Counted from the whole stretch's first letter, positions 37,410 to 50,814 are shown. The stretch is 63,969 bases of DNA, filler included, from Octopus bimaculoides (GCF_001194135.2; 8 parts of 8 records of this genome joined end to end with filler, not necessarily neighbours in it); one strand, 5' to 3'. The notes: generated from the letters alone by a model not told the origin. Numbers and translations: made by a program.

Positions 37410-38990
37410 AATTCCATTCACATCCCCAGAAGGATGAAATGTGAAGTTAGTCTTCAAGAATGCTTTATTGGTATACTTAATCTACCCCAGTATTTCACTG
37501 ATACTTTATTTTATCAACCCCAAAACAATGTAAAGTTAGATTTAGTCTTAATATTATAATTCCATTCACAACTAAGATGGTTTATAGCAATATTAAATCT
37601 AACCAGTATTTCACTGCTACATTATTTAATCAACCACTGAAGAATGAAAGGTAAAGTTAGTTTTAATCTTCTATTATAATTCCATTCACATCTAGGTTGT
37701 TTTACAGAAATATATCTATGTTAGTATTTCACTGCTACTTTATTTTATCGACCCCACAAGATGGAAGCTAAAGTTTGCCTTGTAATATAATTCCATTCAC
37801 ATCTAAGATGTTTCATACTAATATTAAACCTATCCTAGTATTTCATTGATACTTTATTTTATCGACCCCACAAGATGGAAGTTAAAGTTTGCCTTGTAAT
37901 ATAATTCCATTCACATCTAAGATGTTTCATACTAATATTAAACCTATCCTAGTATTTCATTGATACTTTATTTTATCAATTCCACAATNNNNNNNNNNNN
38001 NNNNNNNNNNNNNNNNNNNNNNNNNNNTTAAAGTTTGCCTTGTAATATAATTCCATTCACATCTAAGATGTTTCATACTAATATTAAACCTATCCTAGTA
38101 TTTCATTGATACTTTATTTTATCAATTCCACAATTATGAAAGGTAAAATTAGTGTTAGTCTTCCTTGCACATCCAGGATGTTTGTAAAGAATATTAAATC
38201 TACCCCAGTATTTCACTGCAACTTTATTTTATCAATCCCACAAGTTGGTCTTAGTCTTCAAATATAATTCCATTTACATCTAGGGTGTTTTATCGAAATA
38301 TATCTGCTGCTGTATTTCACAGCTACTTTATGTTATCAATCCAAGATAAATTTCATCTTTGTCATCTATTTAAATTCCATTGACATCAAGGATGTTTTAT
38401 AGGACTATTAAATCTACTTCAGTATTTCACTGCTACTATATTTTATCAACTTCACAAAAAGACGAAAGGTAAAGTTAGTATTAGTCTTCTGTAATGATTC
38501 CATCCACACCAAGGGTGTTTTTGAAGGATATTAAATCTACCCCAGTATTTCACTGCAACTTTATTTTATCAATCCCACAAGGATAAAAGCTCAAATATAA
38601 TTCCATTTACATCTAGGATATTAATAAGAATATTTAATCTACACCAGTACTTCACTGGTACTCTATTGTATTAGTTCTAGAAGGATCAGAGGTAAAGTTA
38701 ATCATAGTCTTCTATAAGAATTCTCTTCACATCCTCTGAAGGGTGAAAGGTAAATTTAATCTTAGTCCTCTAATATAATTCTATTCATATCTAGGTTGTT
38801 TTATAAGAATATTAAATCTACCCCAGTATTTCGCTACTACTTTATTTTATCAACCTCAGAAGGAAGAAAAGTAAAGTTAGTCTTCTGTTATAATCTCTTT
38901 TACATCTCGAGTGTTTTATAAGAACATTACATCTACCCCAGTATTTTACAAGTACTTTCTTTCATCAACTACAGAAGGATGAAAGACAAA
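37410..38990 (+). repeat. ~114-bp satellite array (~14 units)
   Basis: TTCCATTCACATC recurs at 37412, 37560, 37680, 37791, 37905 and 38051 onward. Units at 37735-38130 are nearly identical. An orphan ~1.5-unit copy lies at ~41085-41260. Confidence 0.9.
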
Positions 38991-39249
38991 GTTAATCTTA
39001 GTCTTCTATCATATTTTACTGTGAGAAAGACTGTCCTGTGGGTGTGTGTGTGTGTGTTTAGTATGGGTGAGAGGACAAATGAAAGAAAGTGGCACTCAAT
39101 GAATTTGATAGGAATTACGAAACCTGATAAGTTAGATTTGTTTGACAAATTTGCACAGAGCTCAATCAAACTGTTATAAAAAGTGACATTGTTTATGTTC
39201 TACAATAAAACAATTCTCGCACTTGACTGTGTTTTGTCAATTTTTCATA

Positions 39250-39386
39250 TTAACCTTTAGCATGCTGTAGATGCATCATGTCACCGTATGAGTTTTCTTC
39301 CCTCTCAATGTGAGACAGTGCGCTTGCAGTTACAGGGGAGAAAACTCGTATGGTGTCATGATGTGCCTAAGCATGCTACAAGTTAA
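39250..39386. mobile_element. Palindromic MITE with TTAA ends (piggyBac-like)
   Basis: TTAA-CCTTTAGCATGCT..CATCATG.CACC.TA.GAGTTTTCT / AGAAAACTCGTATGGTGTCATGATG..AGCATGCTACAAG-TTAA; imperfect inverted arms. Confidence 0.6.
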
Positions 39387-39497
39387 ATGACAAGCAGCAA
39401 AACAAAATAAGCTTACTTGAAAATAGGTAAGGGTTAGTGACAGGAAAAGTGTCCAGCCACAGAAAAAAAAAACTGCTTTTCTGGACTTCATATACAC

Positions 39498-39719
39498 CAG
39501 TGGTACTCAACCATTTTTTCCAATGGACCCCTTTGATTGCTATTTTATTCAGGTGGACCACCACAGCTATTCAATCTTTACAAAAATACTTTTGTATTTT
39601 TATTATAAAATATTTTGTATATTGTAGAAGCATCACCAATTTAGCATTGCACGTAAATTTTAACAAGATCTTATGAATGGACCCCCAAGAGCCACGTGGG
39701 CCCTGATTGTGAATAACTG
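39498..39719. mobile_element. hAT-type MITE
   Basis: Ends CAGTGGTACTCAACC / GATTGTGAATAACTG, with 8-bp flanks ATATACAC and ATCTAAAC (6/8 match). Confidence 0.55.
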
Positions 39720-39739
39720 ATCTAAACCATATCCATATT

Positions 39740-40086
39740 GAAAAGGATTAAGATACCCTTCTGTCATGAATGACAATGGGATTGCACCTAGAAAGTTCCC
39801 TCTGAGGCACAAGTCCAGGTAGGGTTGTTTATGGAAGACCAGCAGTCGCCCATGCATACCAGACTCCCCTTTCCACACCACCGATGTTATCCAAGGGAAA
39901 GGCAAAGGGGCCGATACAGCTTGGCACCAGTGATGTCACAACTCATTTCTACAGCTGAGTGAACTGGAAAAACATGAAATAAAGTGTCTTGCTCAAGAAC
40001 ACAACACACAGCCCAGTCCAGGAATAGAAATCACTATCTCATGATTGTGACCCTGATACTCTAACCACTGAGCCATGTACCGTCCA
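39740..40086 (-). mobile_element. tRNA-derived SINE (family F)
   Basis: Similar to 54665-54970; head ATGGCTCAGTGGTTAGAG. Confidence 0.85.
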
Positions 40087-40444
40087 TATAGAAAAACAGA
40101 TATAAGAACAATAATGATGACGATGATGATGATAAGCAGAAGGATTTCCTCTGTTTACTGAAATTCGTTATAAAAAATTTTAATTAATAATGCCTTTACT
40201 CCTACTGTCCTCTTCTTCATCATTATCATTTAACATCCCCTATTCCATGATGGCAAGGGTCAGACGGAATTCATTGAGGCAGATTTTTCTAGTTGGATGT
40301 TCCTCGTTTCGAAGCAAAATATTATCTCCCCTTGCCAGACATCTTTTTTTTCTAATGGAAAACCATGTCTTCCACAGTCAATTTTCATCAGAAGCACTTG
40401 ATCTTGCATTCATGGAGTTGTCATCCTCCATACACATCACAAGT

Positions 40445-40970
40445 TGAAGTGTGTAGCTAAGTGGTTAGGGTGTTGGACTCATGATTATAAGATTGTGGTT
40501 TCAAGTCCTGGACCAGGCAATACATTGTGTTCTTGAGCAAAACACTTCATTTCACTCCAGAAACAGACTCTCTTCAATGCCTGGATGTGAAGGTCCATGA
40601 CTCAGTGGTTAGGGTGTTGGACTCATGATTGTAAGATTGTGGTTTCAATTCCTGGATCAGGCAATACATTGTGTTCTTGAGCAAGACACTTCATTTCACT
40701 CCAGAAACAGACTCTCTTCAATGCCTGGATGTGAAGGTCCATGGCTCAGTGGTTAGGGTGTTGGACTCATGATTGTAAGATTGTGGTTTCAATTCCTGGG
40801 CCAGACAATACATTGTGTTCTTGAACAAAAGCACTCCATTTTGTGTTGCTCTAGTTTTCAGTTAGCAAAAATTAGTAATCTTGTGACAGCCTGGTGTCCC
40901 ATTCAAGGGGAAAATATATGCTCCATCGAAACCGAGAAACTGGCCCAGGGAGGATCTCTATTATCAAATC
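40445..40970 (+). mobile_element. SINE with tRNA-like head triplicated at 144-bp period
   Basis: GTGGTTAGGGTGTTGGACTCATGATT starts at 40461, 40605 and 40749; only the third unit continues into the SINE body. Confidence 0.85.
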
Positions 40971-41266
40971 TATGCCAGCACAGTCTCCTTCGTTCCACAT
41001 TATGTTTGATTTCTCATATCCTGTTTTGCCCTTGGCTCCTCCATGCTACCATTACACATCCATCTCATTTCATGTCTGTCTCCTATATTTCACTGGTACT
41101 TTATTTAAGCAATTCCACTGAGTTGAAAAGTAAGGTTAGCATTAATCTTCTATTATAATTCTATTTGCATCTAGGATGCTTTATAGGAATATTAAATCTA
41201 CCCCAATATTTCACAGGCACTTCCTTTTATCAAACCCCACATGGAGGTAAAGTTAATGCTATATAT

Positions 41267-41657
41267 ATACTCTTTTACTTGTTTCAGTCATTTGACTGCG
41301 GCCATGCTGGAGCACCACCTTTAGTCAAGCAAATCGACCCCGGGACTTATTCTTTGTAAGCCTAGTACTTATTCTATCGGTCTCTTTTGCCGAAGCACTA
41401 AGTTACGGGGACATAAACACACCAGCATCGGTTGTCAAGCGATGTTGGGGGGACAAACACAGACACACAAATATATACACACATATACATATATATGACA
41501 GGCTTCTTTCAGTTTCCGTCTACCAAATCCACTCACAAGGCTTTGGTCGGCCTGAGGCTATAGTAGAAGACACTTACCCAAGATGCCACGCAGTGGGACC
41601 TAACCCAGAACCATGTGGTTATTAAGCAAGCTACTTACCACACAGCCACTCCTGCGC
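41267..41657 (-). mobile_element. SINE family B, full length
   Basis: Highly similar to 22520-22950. Confidence 0.9.
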
Positions 41658-42883
41658 TATATATATATATATATATATATAGTTAAAATTTACAGAAAAA
41701 CAAAAGACAAAGATTCCCCCATATTCCACTCATATGGCATTAACTTTACTGGTTTCAGCCAAGGTTTGTAGCCATACTGGAGCACCACTTATGTGACTGG
41801 CTTTTATTTCACACTTACTTTCCAGCCCTTACTCTTGAACCAGTTCTGATAAAGTAAAGAAACGGACTAGACAGAGGTGCTTCCTTTTGTATTTATTGCC
41901 ATGATGTAGGTTCCTCCGGTACCTCAGATAAAAATTGGTCCAAATATTCTTTGAAAATATCCACACTTACATCTTGTAGATCTTTGGGGGTTATTTGGCA
42001 GAGAAGAGTCTTGGACCCTTGAAACCCAAGCTGTTCAGAAATGGGTCCTTACTGTTGATAGAGGGTGAGGAATCTTTGGTACTCTGCAGAGATGTCCATT
42101 TTAATGGTTGGTGATAGGTACCAGGCTTAAAAGAAAATAAGTGTTGGGGGTGGATTCATTCAACCAAAAAAGTGGTGCTCCAGCATGGCTGCAGTCTAGT
42201 GACTGAAACAAGTAAAAGATGAATGATCTTTGTGTGCATGTGTATGCATGTATGAGTGTGTATTTGTATGTGTATGTGTCCTTCAGTTTGTGTTTTCTCC
42301 CACCACCACAACTTGAAAACCAGTGTTAGTTTGTTTACATCCCTGTAACTTAGCAGCTCAGCGAAAGTAGGAATAGAATAAGTACCAGGCTTCAGTCTGT
42401 TCAACTAAACCATTTAAAGTGGTGCCCCAGCATGGCCATAGTCCAAAAAGATAAAGACAAAAATACAAACACAAAGAAATAATGACATTAGAAAAAAAAA
42501 AACAAAAAAAAAAACGATTATTCAATGGCAAAGAAGGCATTGTTTTTTGTTGTTTTTCTTTTTTTGCTTTGTGATATATTTTTTTTTGTTATTAAATAAT
42601 ATAAATTTAAGTTAAAAATAAAATTAAAACACCCAGAATTCCACTCATGTTAAACACACCTCTAAACACTCCAAGCATGTTATGATAGATATAAAATTAT
42701 CCTTTGACTTGTTTATACAATCACCAATAATATATGTGTATGTGTGCCTATGTAAATGTGTATATAGATATATATATATATATATATACACACATACATA
42801 TATGTATGTATATATGCACATATACCTGTATATGTGTACATATATGTATGTGTGTGCATGTATGTTTACATATGTATATGTGA

Positions 42884-42928
<45 letters not shown>

Positions 42929-42968
42929 CACGTACACCTGTGAATATATGTGTACATATATGTATGTA

Positions 42969-43000
<32 letters not shown>

Positions 43001-43013
43001 CCTACATATATAT

Positions 43014-43044
<31 letters not shown>

Positions 43045-43045
<1 letters not shown>

Positions 43046-43274
43046 TTCTTTATTGCCCACAAGGGGCTAAACATAGAGGGGACAAACAAGGACAGACAAA
43101 GGGATTAAGTCGACTACATCAACCCCAGTGCCTAACTGGTACTTTATTTTGTCGACCCTGAAAGGATGAAAGGCAAAGTCAACCTCGGCGGAATTTGAAC
43201 TCGGAACGTAACGGCAGACGAAATACTGCTAAGCATTTCGCCCGGTGTGCTAACGTTTCTGCCAGCTCGCTGCC
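43045..43274 (-). mobile_element. SINE family C
   Basis: Similar to 34320-34557. Confidence 0.85.
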
Positions 43275-43561
43275 ATATGGAATGTGCTTCACCAGCAAGC
43301 TACCAGGTCTATATCATACGATTTATTAACTAATGTGTACATGTATGTATATGTGTGTGTATATATATATATATATAATTATGTGTACATGTATGNNNNN
43401 NNNNNNNNNNNNNNNNNNNNNNNNNNNNNNNNNNNNNNNTTAATTAATTAANNNNNNNNNNNNNNNNNNNNNNNNNNNNNNNNNNNNNNNNNNNNATTAA
43501 AGTCTAATAATTAGAGGAATATTAGATTCAATGCTGTAAATTTATTATTTAATCAAATAAA

Positions 43562-43602
<41 letters not shown>

Positions 43603-43605
<3 letters not shown>

Positions 43606-43727
43606 CAAAAATAAGAGGAATGACCAGCAAAAGTGGACTCCTATATGCTAGAAATAGATGCCGAATCGGCATCTATTTCTAGCATATAGGAGTCTACTTT
43701 TGCTGGTCATTCCTCTTATTTTTGTAT
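43603..43727. repeat. 125-bp near-perfect palindrome
   Basis: Arms ATACAAAAATAAGAGG..GATGCCGA and TCGGCATC..TTTTTGTAT, centred on A43665, with one mismatch. Confidence 0.95.
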
Positions 43728-44678
43728 GTAATATAATTTTAATCTTCGGATTTTTTTAATATGCTAGACTGCACAGCCAAAACAGCAGTCTTTAATGAAA
43801 TAACGAATAAATAAACCTTAAGTTCTGAACTTATCAAATTCCGACCATCATTCCATCCCTCATCTCGGTTATTCATCACTTACAACGTGTCACCTATCAA
43901 GGTAGCGTCACTATTTTCGAAAGTTTAATAATAAGGCTTTAATTTATAAGCAATATTTCCACGAATTTAGAACAGCCTAGTAACAAATGTTAAACTACAA
44001 TGTGCGTGATTTCTATGAACAAAATATGGTTATAAGATACTTCGATCAAATGTCCTTCCTACCCGCGAAAAATTGTACAAACCACATGCTCACAAAAACC
44101 ATTGCAGCTTGCGTGGAGATGCGGATGAGAGATTAGTTTCCTTTTTTTTTTTTATCATACTCTGCGTCGGTTTATATACAGTCACAGTAAATTATTTCCT
44201 TGTTGGTTTTAAATTTCTGCTAGCCACCTTGATTATTTTATAATTTTCACATCGCTATTTTGTGACATCAGTTACTGATTCCATTGGCATTCTCCATGAT
44301 ACTGACAGGGTGAGTTGTCCTCTAACCAGCAGAGATGGAGTGAGCACTACTGATGAGTATTAATTTCCTATATGAAATTAGCATGCTAATCTAATGCATA
44401 TCGCTCAGGGTGGGGAGGGTTTTATCCCCTGTCAATACAAAGAGACCATGTGCTTTTTTGGCTACGATTCCTATTTCTAGCACTGCTGATGCTCACTGCA
44501 CCCTTGTCACTCTTAGTGACAGCGACTTATTTCCTTGTTGGTTTTAAATTGCTGCTAGCCACCTTGATTATATATATATCATTAATACAATAATAGGGTA
44601 AACTCTTATATAAGAATTTATCAAGTAGCTATCGTGAAAGAAATACATAGGGAAGAATCCATCGTTTTTCCCTATATA

Positions 44679-44710
<32 letters not shown>

Positions 44711-44729
44711 AAGTTTTTAACTTTACAAC

Positions 44730-46596
44730 TTATGTCTCTTTACAATTTAACATTTTTTAATTACAGATTTCTCAAGGACTGTTGGTCGACCCACAAGTAC
44801 TACCTGGGGATGACGGTGCTCTTGCTGAACCTTAAGATCTGCACGAAACAACGCGCCGTTCTCGCCTGCTCTCGGTTCAGAGGACATCACATGTTTGATG
44901 TTCTCGCCCAGGCCATGATGGACATCCATTAAACGTTCCATCTGCAAAACAAAGTAACCAGGACCACGACCACGACGGACAACGGCAAAAACTTTATTAA
45001 GGCACTTATGCATTTATGCAGTTTGATACAGAAGTTGATCTCTTGCCAGCCATTCCCGAGGCTGCTGCCGAGCCGAACGTGGAGTGTGTCGAGGATGTGG
45101 ACCCGGACGTGGATCCCGAGGCTGGGGATGTAGACAAAGTTGTGTATATCTCTGTTGGTGCCATCTTTGACGAGTCCAGCATCCTGGGCCTAAACCTGCC
45201 AGTGCACGTGAAGTGCGCAGCCCATGCTTTCAACTTGGTAGCCAGCGTGGATGCTGACAAAGCTCTTGACAGCGCTTCGTTCAAGTTGGTCTACAAGAAG
45301 ACTATGTCCAAGACACAGCGGCTGTGGATTCTGCAGAACCACAGCTGAGTGACAGCTGGTAGCATTCTGGACGCGTTGAAGAGGAGGCTAGTGATCCCCA
45401 ACAATACCAGATGGAACTCTACTTATGATTCTGTTGTTGTCCTCAACAACCTGCTGGAGAAGAATAGGGGAGCTGTCCACGGTAATGAAACAGCTGAATC
45501 TACAGACCATCACTGATTGTCGGCTTCCTGACAGAGTACGTCCAGGTGATGTCTAATGTTGCCAAGGCCTTGGATAAAATCCAGGGGAGGACCAGGCTTA
45601 TCTCGGGGGCCTTCTGCCAACTGTAGCGGTTACCATCATGAAGTTGAAGGCAGTCAAGTTCAAACACCTGTACTGCAGTCCTCTAGTAGACGCGATACTA
45701 GCAGACATCACAAAAAGGTTTGGGCTCCTCCTGGAAGACTTGGAGTGCCAGCTGGCCGCTGCCTTCCACCCCAAGTTTTGCCTGTTCTGGCTGGAGCAGT
45801 ATAATAACAGCCAGGGTAGCAGAGTAACGAACGCCATGGAGGTCATCGTAGATACAGCCCTAATGGAGATCAATGAAGAGGGCAGCAGCACCACCAGCAA
45901 TGAGGATGAGGAAGATGATTTCTTCGGCAACGTCACTCGATTCCGGGAGAGCAGGATCTGCAGGTCACTGAAATCCAAAGCCCAGAACTTGGTGGAGACC
46001 TGAATAGAGGCCGTCTCGAAGGAGGTCCTGGCTGAAGTCACCTTTTTGGGTGAACAGGTTGATCAAGACCTGTTCACCAAGTATAACATTTCCATCCCAT
46101 CCAGTGCTGCAGTTGAACGCCTATTCTCTATAGGCAAAGATATTTTGAGGGCCAAGAGAGCCACCCTGTCAGATGGTAACTTTGAGAGGCTGATGTTTAT
46201 GAAGGGCAACCAGCATCACGTCGAGGCGATGGAGAAGGTCCAGTGAGAGTAGTACACCTTGATCATCATCTGATCTTGGCATGCTATGCCTTTTTGGAAA
46301 GCTCTATGTGTAAGCTTCAACATGAACGTTTCGACACTTTAGGTCTGTTTTTAGGGGTTTTAGAGCCAAAAAACCAAACCGAAACTAAATTCATACACTA
46401 AAAGTTAGCGCTTATCATTTAGCGTTAGCTTCCGCTAATTTTTTAAAAATCTGTTTAGCGATTTAGTGTTTATGAAGCTAACTCGTTTAGTTAGCAGGTC
46501 AGTGTGCCGTCATCCCCAGGTAGTACTTGCTGTGGGTCGACCAGCAGCCCTTGAGCAATCTGTAATTAAAAAATGTTAAATTGTAAAGAGACATAA
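44730..46596 (+). mobile_element. hAT transposase relic bracketed by 87/90-bp inverted repeats
   Basis: DCWSTHKYYLGMT (D at 44777), TTDNGKNFIKA (D at 44978), KCAAHAFNL (45214), PNNTRWNSTY, AAAFHPKF, PSSAAVERLFS (E at 46115), LSDGNFERLMFMK. Arms at 44730-44816 and 46507-46596. Confidence 0.9.
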
Positions 46597-46750
46597 ATGT
46601 TTGCCACTACTGCTGAGTTCAGATTCAGCAAAGATTGACTTTGCCTTTCACCCTTTCGTGGTCGATAATATAAGTTGAGCACTGGGGTTGATGTAATCGA
46701 GTTACCCTTCCCCCGAAATTACTGGCCTTATGCCAAAATTTGAAACCAAT
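46597..46750 (+). mobile_element. 5'-truncated SINE family C
   Basis: TTGACTTTGCCTTTCACCCTTTCGTGGTCGATAA..GGCCTTATGCCAAAATTTGAAACC. Confidence 0.7.
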
Positions 46751-46949
46751 TAAAACGGACATGGACGAAATAATATATTCAACAACAACAATAATTAGGT
46801 GGAAAAGTGGATAATGTCTTAGTTCTATTCATATACGAATACCAAAGTTCAAGCAAACAAAATGGAAAACAAATATACAGAAAAATATAGGAAATGAAAT
46901 AGAAGACCTTCCAATCCTTAATGAAATCAATAACAAAATGACACATCTG

Positions 46950-47325
46950 TAAAAAGAAAACGATAAAAAAATGTGAGGATGAAAAATGTTTGAAATAAAA
47001 ACGCCTAAAATAAAAGATCGTCTCTAAATCGTAAGGAATTAGTCTGTGTGAAAAGAGAGAACGAGTCTTCGAACAAAACAAACAACTTGACTCCACAACC
47101 AACGCGAGGGAAGCAGAATTCTGATCAGTGTGGAATATACTCGGGGAAAGAACAACAGGAAATGGAATTCTTCTAAACAACGAACCGAACGCGGTTTCTG
47201 AACAATTGTGGGAGGCCATAATAGTACGAGAAACAGTCAAAACAGTGCAAAAAAAAAAAAGAAAAAAAATGCTTTAACTGGAAGTCACCAGGAAATGATG
47301 AAATTTCAAGCACTTGGTGAATCAT
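46950..47325 (+). mobile_element. R4/Dong-like LINE fragment (pre-RT region)
   Basis: AEF*SVWN..; NWKSPGNDEISSTW resembles the NWKSPGPDGI..W motif at the start of R4-clade RT. Confidence 0.6.
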
Positions 47326-47381
47326 GAATTGACTAGATCAAGAGGGTAATTTGCGCGCGCGCGCGTATCTGTCTGTCTGTT

Positions 47382-47424
<43 letters not shown>

Positions 47425-49588
47425 ATGTATGCATGTATGTAAGGACAGATGAACTCGGTGGAGTCAATGGCAGTCCATCCAACAGATGTGAGTGAGACTC
47501 TTAGATATTTGCTTAGAGATCTAAGTAACACTCGCCTTATTGCAAGCCGGAGATCTTGCTTTTGCTTGTTTCTGGACTACAAGGCTTTTGTGCAAGCTGT
47601 TATTGACTTCATATTTCAGCGCGAGCATTGCCGACAGCCGTTGTCTTTAACATCTAGGATAAGGTAATTTGTCAGTGATGGTCATAACCGCCTACAAGCT
47701 GACAGTTACCGTGTATGCATGCATGCATGCATGCATGTATGTATGTATGTATGTATGTATGTATGTATGTATGTATGTATGTATGAATGTATGCATGTAT
47801 GCATGTATGTAATTTTCCTTGGAATTTAAGTTCTCAAAAGGATGCAAGCCAATCACTAAGGAATATAACTTCTTTAACAGTGCATGTTATTATTATTCCT
47901 ATCTCAGATAACAATATCATTGGTCTCTGTTGAAATGTGCCATTAAAATTCCTTATTAGTAAAGATTTGTGCATTCTGTTTCTAATGTGATGCTAGTGTG
48001 TTCTTCAAAGCAATATTTCTTTCCCATGAGAACATTGTATGCATACAGTTTTGGCAAGATTGTCATGTTTCATGTACTTTACAAACACTTTACGGCTTTG
48101 ACTGATGATGATGTGTATGTTATTTTCTTCGCTCGTAACGCACGATCGGCGTTCTTCAGTACAACATCAATATTTGGAGGAATCCTTATTTCTTTCATTG
48201 ACAAGATATTTAATAGTAATCTGCTGTTCATGAATAGTGAAGTTATATTCTTCTAGATGGAATTTAACAGATCCAAGAAAAGATACTGTCTCTCAAAACA
48301 CTGCTCTCATTTTCTAATTTACTAAATATTTTCTAAGTAAATATTTTTTTAACTTACAAACTACGTACCAATATATAATTTTTTTGATAATTTGATGAAT
48401 ATTTCGCCTGGCTTCGGTTGAAATAGGCTTGTCCAACTTTCGCTGGTTTGCATGGAATATAAGGACGCTTTCATTTTCCATATACTTATTTTTTTTCGCT
48501 TACTTTTAATTGGATATTTACTGAGAGGCGGTCTGAGGCACTCAGAGTTTTACCTCAACACTCATTCTTCTGCTCAACGTGAGTAATTTTAGTGTCATTG
48601 TTGATATTCTAGCGAATATCTCATATTAAATTCGAAAGGTAGTAGTAACGTGAACATAAATTTACAGATTTGATTTTATCAACTTTCGAGTCAACTCTCA
48701 GATTTTATCAACATTCGAGTCAACTGTTGTGAATACCACTGTACCTTATAATTTTCTGGTCCGTCGTTTCGTTCATCTATTCAAACAAACACGTCAAAAT
48801 GAGACTTTCACCAACTTTTCTAACTTATCAGCGACTCACTGTTATTGTTACCAGTGATGACAGTAAAAGAGGACGAGGTAGTTGGTGGTAGGAGATTTTT
48901 CAGTATTAGCGTCAAGCAAGAATTTACCATCCTTGATTAAAACAAGATTTATTATTTGCAGAGTTTCTATAATGAAGAGCGTTTATTGTTTGTGTAGTAA
49001 GCTACGAAATTCTTATATTCTCTCGATTTCCTATAATTCAGACCACCTCATGGTCCCAGCAGACAAAATGGAAAAGGCGTTGCCCCAGAAGATAGCGAGG
49101 GAGATGCTATGAAAAAGCCCCTCTGACTCATGAGTATCGCACTTGCGGACAGCCATCTCCATCCCAATAACGATGAGCAGGGATATGGAAGAAGTGCAAC
49201 AGAAATTTTTGGGTAATGTGGTACTGGGGATTAGGCTCGGTGATGGATGTAGGGACAAGTGTCTATTTATGTATGGCTAGACGATAGGGAGCTTCTAATT
49301 TATAAGGTTGCGGCCATGGTTCTTATCTTTTTCTGAAGGCGAGGAGAGGTGACACGAGAAAAACCAGAAAGGCTGTGAGGTCAGAAAGTAGGAATCGGAA
49401 ATCACGGATGAGTTTGCGTTTCAATGAAAGGATGGGCGCGGGTGGAAGATATATGTGTGTGCACGTGTGTGTGTGTGTGTGTGTGTGTNNNNNNNNNNNN
49501 NNNNNNNNNNNNNNNNNNNNNNNNNNNNNNNNTTAATTAATTAANNNNNNNNNNNNNNNNNNNNNNNNNNNNNNNNNNNNNNNNNNNN

Positions 49589-49626
<38 letters not shown>

Positions 49627-49814
49627 GGAAATATATCTATGTATATGCGAACATACATTAATATATATACATATATATATATACAAACATATATAAATAT
49701 ATATATACACATGGCGTTTCCCCTTCATGGCCACAGCTCGTGAGCTGAAACTAGATAAAATAAAAAATATATATATATACACACACATATATATGCATAT
49801 ATATACACACACAC

Positions 49815-49855
<41 letters not shown>

Positions 49856-50814
49856 CACACGTATACAAATACACACACACATATATATGCATATATATAT
49901 ATATAAAATATATATACACTCACACATACATATATATATATATATATACATATATACACAAACGCGTTATTTTTACACTTAGATATATGTATATATAAAT
50001 ATGTATTATATAAATGTGGTGGATGCAGTTGTTGGGAAGGCTCGCGCCTGTGTGTCTGAAATACTTTCACATATATAGTTTATTTTACAAAGGAACGATT
50101 CATAGTCACTTCGAAGTTTCTGTTTAGTTGCTCTGACAGGGTGCTACTCTTGCAAATTATTATTATATTCCTCCTAGGTTGCGTCTTTCTCAAATTTAAG
50201 CCTTATTTTCTGTGATTTATATACTGTATGATATATGGTTTGTATATTAGAAAATTTGTAGATAATATGTTTTGTTTGCACACACGTGCGAATGTTTATG
50301 TGGACGCGTAAATTTAAAGCGATTAATCGGTTCTTGGTGAAATTCCAATATAGGAATGAAACCAGCCCGGATCATCTCTCTTGTTTTCTCTTCGATAATA
50401 TTGTGTAAAAATATCAGGTTGTTTATGTCCATCAACACAGTGTTGCCGAAACATCTCTAAATTATACATTAAAGAGTCATAAGAAAATATTGCTCACGCA
50501 CTTGTAATGTATTTAGATCTGTCTTGCTAGTATGGATGCCTTAGTTGTGCAAATCCGTCTATCCAACTGGACGAAATCCTTAGTAATGGGGGGCTTTAGA
50601 AGCAATATCTCAGTGAAAAATTAAAGAAGGTCCTTCACTGCTCATGAGAGCTGGATATAAGGATTGAAAATGACTCTGATGGTCTTATGGACGGCAAGCC
50701 GTTTACACCTGCCTACATATACTGTATCGGTTACAAACCGATAGTCTTATACTCTGGTGTAACATATGTATCAGAAACGGCATAAATAATACTTTATACA
50801 TTTATTTATTTGTG

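Noticed and set aside
37410-38990. Regular array superficially CRISPR-like
   Set aside because: The whole 114-bp unit repeats with no unique spacers, there are no cas genes, and the context is eukaryotic.
47950-48290. Region with few stop codons in several frames
   Set aside because: No recognisable motif, start context or splice signals; cannot be distinguished from chance.
49031-49258. Minus-strand ORF with CTSSISLLIVIGME..W, superficially like GPCR TM3-TM4
   Set aside because: Lacks the R of D/ERY, has short spacing to W, is bounded by in-frame stops, and shows no clear splice sites or further helices.
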